Shown piece by piece: positions 7,701 through 11,566 of a stretch of DNA of 11,566 bases. The DNA comes from Candidatus Thorarchaeota archaeon (lineage in GTDB: Archaea > Asgardarchaeota > Thorarchaeia > Thorarchaeales > Thorarchaeaceae): assembly GCA_038893995.1 (NCBI GenBank), contig JAWAQK010000067.1, forward strand, positions 1-11,566. The letters run 5' to 3'. The notes beneath the pieces are model-generated. The model did not search any database. It had not been told where the DNA came from and was given only the letters and a program-made list of their open reading frames with translations. Made by a program: the position numbers and the translations under genes. Position 1 is the first letter of the stretch, and each line of letters starts with the position of its first letter.

Positions 7701-9500
7701 GAGCGGATACAGCTCACCGTATTGTTCCATGATCCAGCCCCATGAGTTGCTGGACACGACAGCGCTGTGATTGCTCTTGGGATTGTACACAAAATACCCT
7801 GTACTGGGGACGAAGTCGAACCCAGCCTCCCAGAGGTTGGCACCAAAGTGTGAACCAACTCCAATTGCAGTCGTAGCAATGATCTTGGATCCATTCGCAA
7901 TGCCAGGCAGAGTGACAAGTGCGTTGTTCAGACCTAGCCCATACTGCATTGTACCGCGTCCAGCAATCTGACCGGTGACGAAGGTGCCGTGAGCACCCGT
8001 GTCATATGTCACCGCCCACAGTCTCCCGCCTAGGGCCCTGCCGTATATCATACCGGTGCCGAAGACGGGATCCCAGGCATTGCCGATCACTCCGAGACCG
8101 AACAACTTCGAGTCGGCGTACTGATGGGCCAGGATAAGCCTGTTTGCTCCATAGAGGCCTCCATTGTGAGTGTACCACTCATCGTTGGCGAGGTCATCTA
8201 CAAAGCTGCAGTCAGCATAGGCGCCGAAGTAGGCCCATGTGGCAGTGTCATTGAAGTAGAACAGCGGTAGACCGTACCTCCAGCCACCGATCACGTAGTT
8301 CCAGAATGTGGTGTATGCTCTCGCTGTGTTCCAGTCAACCACAAGCTTGGTGCCGTTGAGCACAAGCATTGGTGCGAACACCTTGGCGTACGGGCTGTTG
8401 CGCTGCTGGAAGAGCCAGCCGTAGTTGTACATCTTGATACTCTGTGGGACTGAGGTGCCATTGACCTTATAGCTGTAGGAGTATGATGCACCGTAGGTCG
8501 TCGTAGGAGCGGGGAGCTCCATCGGAGCCCTCAGGACCGAGTAGTAGAAGTCGGTCACATTCTCCACGTATGGCATCAGCCACTCTTTGGTCTCGGGATC
8601 GTACCACCAGGCCTCAAGATACGCCTCAAAGTACCACTGATCCAGGTAGTTGAGCGAACCCCTGTCATGAAGGCGTGGCTCGAAATTGATGTAGATCTTC
8701 CCATCCTTCTCATAGCTCAGCCTGTTCCATGACGAGGCAGCCAGATAGGCACTCACATTGGCGACTGGTGTGGCATTGACCCTGTAGAGCGTACTGACCA
8801 TTCCGTATCCTCCGACGTCGAAGCTGCTGGGAGAGCCATCAAACGGATCCCAGTAGTATGCGTCCCAGAGGTCGGGATGAGTGAAGTCAACACCAGTGTC
8901 CACGACGCCAACTCTGACCCCGCTACCATCGAAGTTGCCGAAGTCGGCACGCATGTCGTTGACTCCAAGGTAGTCATTCGACATCCACATCTCCGGCTCG
9001 GTCTGTACGGGGAACTCAAGATCGGCCCTTGACTCGATGCCTTCTACACGTTCCCTGAATAAGTAGTCTGCCACAACGGCTGCAACACCCTCATAGCTCT
9101 CGAGTCGGCCCAGGCTGGCCCTGTCAACATATGCGTTGACGACTGTGGCCGGTCCGAAGTCAACCATCCAGTTGACCTTCACGACCTTCGACAGGCCCTG
9201 GATGTCAGCCTTGCTCGATATGGCTATGATCACTGAGGGGCGTCCCTCAGGGTCGACTGCGACGTTCCTGGGCACTGTACCAGTCTTCTCATAGGTCCTG
9301 AGCACAGCACTGACCTTGTCAGAGGGTCGAGACTCGTCGAGGAACTTGACCCAGTCACTCAGGACATCTGCCGCAGTCGGCGGGTTTGTTGCAACCAAAG
9401 GACTTGCAGTGGCTCTGACTATTGCAGGTGCGATGCCGATCGTTCCGATCAGCATTGCCATCATCAGAAACATTACCGCAGCAGTTCTTCGGTTGTTCAT
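4791..9500 (-). CDS. Large secreted, membrane-anchored S8 family serine peptidase (pyrolysin/STABLE-like subtilase)
   Basis: Signal peptide and propeptide; catalytic D201 (VGVVDTGVD), H504 (HGTFVTGQIAG), oxyanion N629 (FSAGNAG) and S719 (GTSMACPQVAG). About 790 aa of beta-rich C-terminal extension with PPC-like segments (LTWNTPNSDFDLWI; DCDIMAW) and an Ig/FN3-like module, then a C-terminal TM helix followed by KRR. SD GAGGAG at 9514-9509. Confidence 0.96.
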   Translation of the reverse strand: MNNRRTAAVMFLMMAMLIGTIGIAPAIVRATASPLVATNPPTAADVLSDWVKFLDESRPSDKVSAVLRTYEKTGTVPRNVAVDPEGRPSVIIAISSKADIQGLSKVVKVNWMVDFGPATVVNAYVDRASLGRLESYEGVAAVVADYLFRERVEGIESRADLEFPVQTEPEMWMSNDYLGVNDMRADFGNFDGSGVRVGVVDTGVDFTHPDLWDAYYWDPFDGSPSSFDVGGYGMVSTLYRVNATPVANVSAYLAASSWNRLSYEKDGKIYINFEPRLHDRGSLNYLDQWYFEAYLEAWWYDPETKEWLMPYVENVTDFYYSVLRAPMELPAPTTTYGASYSYSYKVNGTSVPQSIKMYNYGWLFQQRNSPYAKVFAPMLVLNGTKLVVDWNTARAYTTFWNYVIGGWRYGLPLFYFNDTATWAYFGAYADCSFVDDLANDEWYTHNGGLYGANRLILAHQYADSKLFGLGVIGNAWDPVFGTGMIYGRALGGRLWAVTYDTGAHGTFVTGQIAGRGTMQYGLGLNNALVTLPGIANGSKIIATTAIGVGSHFGANLWEAGFDFVPSTGYFVYNPKSNHSAVVSSNSWGWIMEQYGELYPLYSLMYAALSTPGYFGASYPGILYCFSAGNAGPGSATTTPPVNAYTLSVGAATSHHTFVNSYGDDQGWGQIAEFSSRGPIMSGYVKPDVVAPGRNIHGIIPWHGTFLGLGSSYATYAGTSMACPQVAGVVALMYQHTPTLRPDEAKVIVQSTAVDLGSDAIAQGHGMVNAYNAIAYLEGVSGVVFQNTDSVSNYAQTVSDAWSFWMNPYTQGDVFINSTSAPTGFMDSSLYFGIVNPGDSAQITMSGVFADGSPVQIGDVVYDSMGYRALATWTTTWATYTYLENTSNPSTPTRRGGWFVLSDEMGDSFNTLMNARYATLYFSAPQEMAGSWWVFIFDWSDTSPANGVPDYYNKNTGLGNELTRVQYGGDNYKFKTDLSSPTKIADLFPTGNPIVMVVDSPLSPTRTHNINVTIVVWELVSNGELQMTGAGSDLTVTLNVPADAEYGIHYGYLNITDASSSGMYSYRLIPYSYMVKATIDTTVGSMVIADGFGNFMEPYERGAAYEPMNAYYEQSGDHISFPVYVDDSNAHILAARLTWNTPNSDFDLWIVKSNGYELASSADAVGVTGSAAAIAQIPGTGLYFIHIVANDLGAQPTPFTLTVLCLEELPTPTVTFTWTGRTHTTPTVLNSGDSASDDHVVIKATWTDAAVAGLPEYVVTTTQLKILRGLYFTETGPLVIPVAGYNPFSGVVDLEQFAWVFVPGIEAGDNVRMTVDFTNGDCDIMAWWADTDNTTWTYSNNLLGSQMATGAHPEVGSFIASRSGTLAIGIFDYDRAPGTFTVTVDTRSGLEPAKVLGKAQQVDTYSLGANGSFDITAYAETGTNVKLSAQITGVGINNFFKPHLSNVVVTGAGAVKTITWDLYDLNADDTHVYSVHESHDGGVTWNLLAAGLTSKTYTWDSTPFYERLYMIQIRVTDSYGLTDEAESEPFTAGTVPLVPTIDIGTVMLGFFAGVGVGVVVVLILYLVKRR

Positions 9501-9506
9501 TTCATT

Positions 9507-9633
9507 CTCTCCTCACGCAAGTCGTGTGGAGTACCTGGAGAGTCACTACTAGTGTCAACTCTCTCTCGGACTCACCTCCTGCGCCAGAGGGCTGCAACCT
9601 ACAGGCGTTTCTCCTCGTCCGTGTTCTCCACAC
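9507..9633 (-). ncRNA. Candidate cis-regulatory structured 5' leader (riboswitch-like, K-turn containing) of the protease
   Basis: Nested inverted repeats P1 9633-9623/9534-9524, P2 9621-9617/9571-9567 and P3 9563-9558/9543-9538, plus an alternative hairpin 9531-9509 that covers the SD. Folded by eye only. Confidence 0.45.
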
Positions 9634-9665
9634 TATGGTGATTGTCGTAGACGGACCGCAGCCAC

Positions 9666-9673
9666 ATTATTAA
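9666..9673 (-). promoter_or_regulatory. TATA-like box for the protease gene
   Basis: TTAATAAT on the minus strand, in the only AT-rich patch of the 9501-9750 spacer. It implies a start site near 9640 and a leader of about 140 nt. Confidence 0.5.
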
Positions 9674-9750
9674 GCATTACTAATCGAGAAAGTACGGCTG
9701 CACCATCACTCGACACGGGAATCGCAGACGAGACCGACTGCGAGGACCGG

Positions 9751-10854
9751 TCATAGGGACCTCACTGCCTGCCTCAGACCGTCAATGATCTCGTGAGCGA
9801 GCATCACCATGCCAATGGTCTCAACACGTGGATCGGTCCGGCTCGAGACCTTTGCAGCTGCCGATATGTCTGAAACAGCCTTCTCGAGCATCGAAATCAG
9901 TGCTCTGAACGGGACCTTCGTGGCCTCATCAGCACGAGCGCCATCAATGACCTGCCTGAGGCGGCTGATCTCCGCCGCCATGCTTTCAGATACTACGACT
10001 GCAGTCTCAGCCCTGCTTGCGATCTCGTTCAGGCGACTCCTCAGGGTGGCGAGCTCTGAGTCTGGTACTGGAGCCCCTGTTGGTGCCGATGACTTTGCAG
10101 AGCTCAGTGCCGTCTTCAGCTCCTCGATCTGCCGCTGCAGCTCGCCTATCGTACGGTCCTTTGTCGAGATTGTCTCAAGAAACTCTGCCTCCTTGGAGGC
10201 CGCGACACTCTCAGCAGATGTTCTTACCTGCTGCTCCAGGCGTTCCTTGACAGACTTGGCCTCTTCCATCTCCCGGCTCAGCGAGTCAAGACGAGACTGC
10301 ATTGTCTTCAACGCCTCATCCCTTTGGACCAACATGTCGTTGAGCTTCTTGTTCTCGGACTCTAGCCGTTGCTGCTCAGACCGGAGTCCGCTGAGGCTGT
10401 CCTGAGACTCCTTCAGCTTCTGTTGCAACGCAACAAAATCGGGATTCGGGGGTGATATGACCCTGTACATCAGGAATGCCATCAGGGTGGAAACTGCGAC
10501 TACATATGCAATCGCACCGGCCACCGATCCAAACACGGCATCTGTGATCCACTGCAGCGCACCTACAAAATACCACCACGAGCCTACTGTGGGATGCTCG
10601 CCCTCCATCCACCAATAGGAACCTAGACCCGCATAGAACAACAGTAGGAAGGAGGAACCAAAACAGATCACGCATACGAGTACGGCCAAGTTCCTCCACT
10701 TGTCAGTCTGGGGCATGAACCTCTGAAAGAGCAACAGAAGCAGTCCTACAGTCAGCAGCGGGAGAACATATGGGAGGACTGCGACGATATCGCTCATCGG
10801 AAATTGAAAGTCTATCGCAGGTGAGTGACCCAGGCTGACACTCGAGTTTGACAC
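9751..10854 (-). CDS. Hypothetical membrane-anchored coiled-coil protein
   Basis: About three N-terminal TM helices, then a long heptad-rich region (LQQKLKESQDSLSGLRSEQQRLESENKKLNDML...) and a helical C-terminal domain. GTG start supported by GGAGG at 10866-10862. Confidence 0.88.
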   Translation of the reverse strand: MSNSSVSLGHSPAIDFQFPMSDIVAVLPYVLPLLTVGLLLLLFQRFMPQTDKWRNLAVLVCVICFGSSFLLLFYAGLGSYWWMEGEHPTVGSWWYFVGALQWITDAVFGSVAGAIAYVVAVSTLMAFLMYRVISPPNPDFVALQQKLKESQDSLSGLRSEQQRLESENKKLNDMLVQRDEALKTMQSRLDSLSREMEEAKSVKERLEQQVRTSAESVAASKEAEFLETISTKDRTIGELQRQIEELKTALSSAKSSAPTGAPVPDSELATLRSRLNEIASRAETAVVVSESMAAEISRLRQVIDGARADEATKVPFRALISMLEKAVSDISAAAKVSSRTDPRVETIGMVMLAHEIIDGLRQAVRSL

Positions 10855-10894
10855 GTCTTAGCCTCCAGTCCGTGAAGACTAATGTAGAGTCCAG

Positions 10895-10909
10895 CATAAA
10901 ACTGTTTTT
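10895..10909 (-). promoter_or_regulatory. BRE + TATA-like promoter of the coiled-coil protein gene
   Basis: The minus strand reads AAAAA-CAG-TTTTATG, about 40 nt upstream of the GTG start. Confidence 0.5.
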
Positions 10910-10968
10910 GGACAGTAGCGGACTGGGTATCTGAGAGAATGGACATCAGCCACTCTCTCGACATTGGT

Positions 10969-11256
10969 CTAGTCGCGCCAGAGATCCGCCATCTGTCGCT
11001 CGTGCTCCATCACGATGAGCTCGAGGGACTTCTGTAGCCTTGCTGCCTCGGCTATAGACAGCAGGAAGGAACCCTTGATCTCTCGGTCATCGCCAATAGA
11101 TATGCGGACCTTGCCCTCGTTCACCCAACCCTCGGGGCTCTTCTCAGGAGGCTGTAACTGTATCTCGAGCCAAGTTCTCCGGGTCTGACCTGTCTGCTTC
11201 TCATCAAAGAAATGCTTCAGCTGAAGTCTTCGCTCATACTTTGCCTTATCACTCAT
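10969..11256 (-). CDS. Hypothetical 95-aa protein, possible Whirly/PC4-like single-stranded nucleic-acid-binding fold
   Basis: Clean ORF with SD AGGTGA at 11271-11266. Alternating beta-strand patterns are followed by an amphipathic helix (KGSFLLSIAEAARLQKSL). The CDS is likely real; the fold call is inference. Confidence 0.8.
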   Translation of the reverse strand: MSDKAKYERRLQLKHFFDEKQTGQTRRTWLEIQLQPPEKSPEGWVNEGKVRISIGDDREIKGSFLLSIAEAARLQKSLELIVMEHERQMADLWRD

Positions 11257-11541
11257 GACCAGTCTTCACCTGTCTTTCTCCAGACGTCTTCAAGTGGCCC
11301 AATCGTGGTCGAATGCCGACGACTCCTGCCTTGCTGTGCTGCACAAGATGCGACCGTGTGCATCCGCCGACATCTCGGTCCCTCGGACCCACTGGACCAC
11401 TGCTCCACAGGATACAAAGCATCTTGGACCACTCGGACAGTGTTAGGCCTACCAGTACTTCAACATTGTCACCCTGGCGTACTGGACAACGCAAGACAAT
11501 CCTTAATTGAGAGTCCATGCTTGTGGGGCTGGGTCTAGTAG

Positions 11542-11566
11542 ATGTCACGCCGACAGAAAATGACGA
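11542..11566 (+). CDS. Possible 5' end of a gene running off the right edge (MSRRQKMT...)
   Basis: ATG about 33 nt downstream of TTAATT (11503-11508), with the frame open to the window end. Only 8 codons are visible. Confidence 0.2.

Noticed and set aside
9567-9621. Type II hammerhead-like fragments (GGAC-GA...GAAAC...GUA...CUG...UGA-GUCC) in the protease leader
   Set aside because: The CUGANGA core is interrupted by about 10 nt and GAAA does not directly follow stem II, so the catalytic core cannot form as in a canonical hammerhead.
9502-9633. Short upstream ORF (GTG 9633 or TTG 9558 to TGA 9502) ending 1 nt before the protease ATG
   Set aside because: Weak start codons, SD spacing of about 13 nt for the TTG, and no protein-like or amino-acid-biased composition. 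RNA structure explains the region better.
5175-9673. Numerous alternative-frame and antisense ORFs inside the protease gene (and likewise inside grpE, sirtuin, citG, gyaR and the coiled-coil gene)
   Set aside because: Shadow ORFs expected from codon bias in GC-rich genes; they overlap well-supported CDSs and have no recognisable motifs.
11375-11445. tRNA D-arm-like string TCCGAGTGGTCCAAGA on the minus strand
   Set aside because: No acceptor stem, no 7-nt anticodon loop and no GTTCRA T-loop.
11212-11548. ORFs 11249..11548 (-), 11212..11538 (+), 11255..11446 (+) and 11313..11510 (+)
   Set aside because: They overlap one another, have non-protein-like composition and lack an RBS or motifs. The region is treated as non-coding.

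Overview
Compact, gene-dense region that looks archaeal: TATA-like boxes, an archaeal-type CitG, an archaeal MarR-like wHTH and a glycosylation-rich surface protease with a TM+KRR tail. An Asgard/Thorarchaeia-like source is plausible but is inference only. Left to right: 5' part of grpE (minus strand, runs off the window and is missing from the ORF track); a sirtuin with several active-site substitutions including catalytic His->Arg; a small 3-TM protein; an archaeal CitG-family protein; a small 2-TM protein; a winged-HTH regulator; glyoxylate reductase (GyaR-like); a 1569-aa membrane-anchored S8 subtilase with a very large Asp-His insertion; a membrane-anchored coiled-coil protein; and a 95-aa protein resembling a Whirly/PC4 nucleic-acid-binding module. 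I found no mobile element, CRISPR array, rRNA or intact tRNA. The best novelty candidates are (1) a riboswitch-like leader upstream of the protease, with a three-way junction, a K-turn and a mutually exclusive SD-sequestering hairpin, (2) the non-canonical sirtuin and (3) the Whirly-like small protein.
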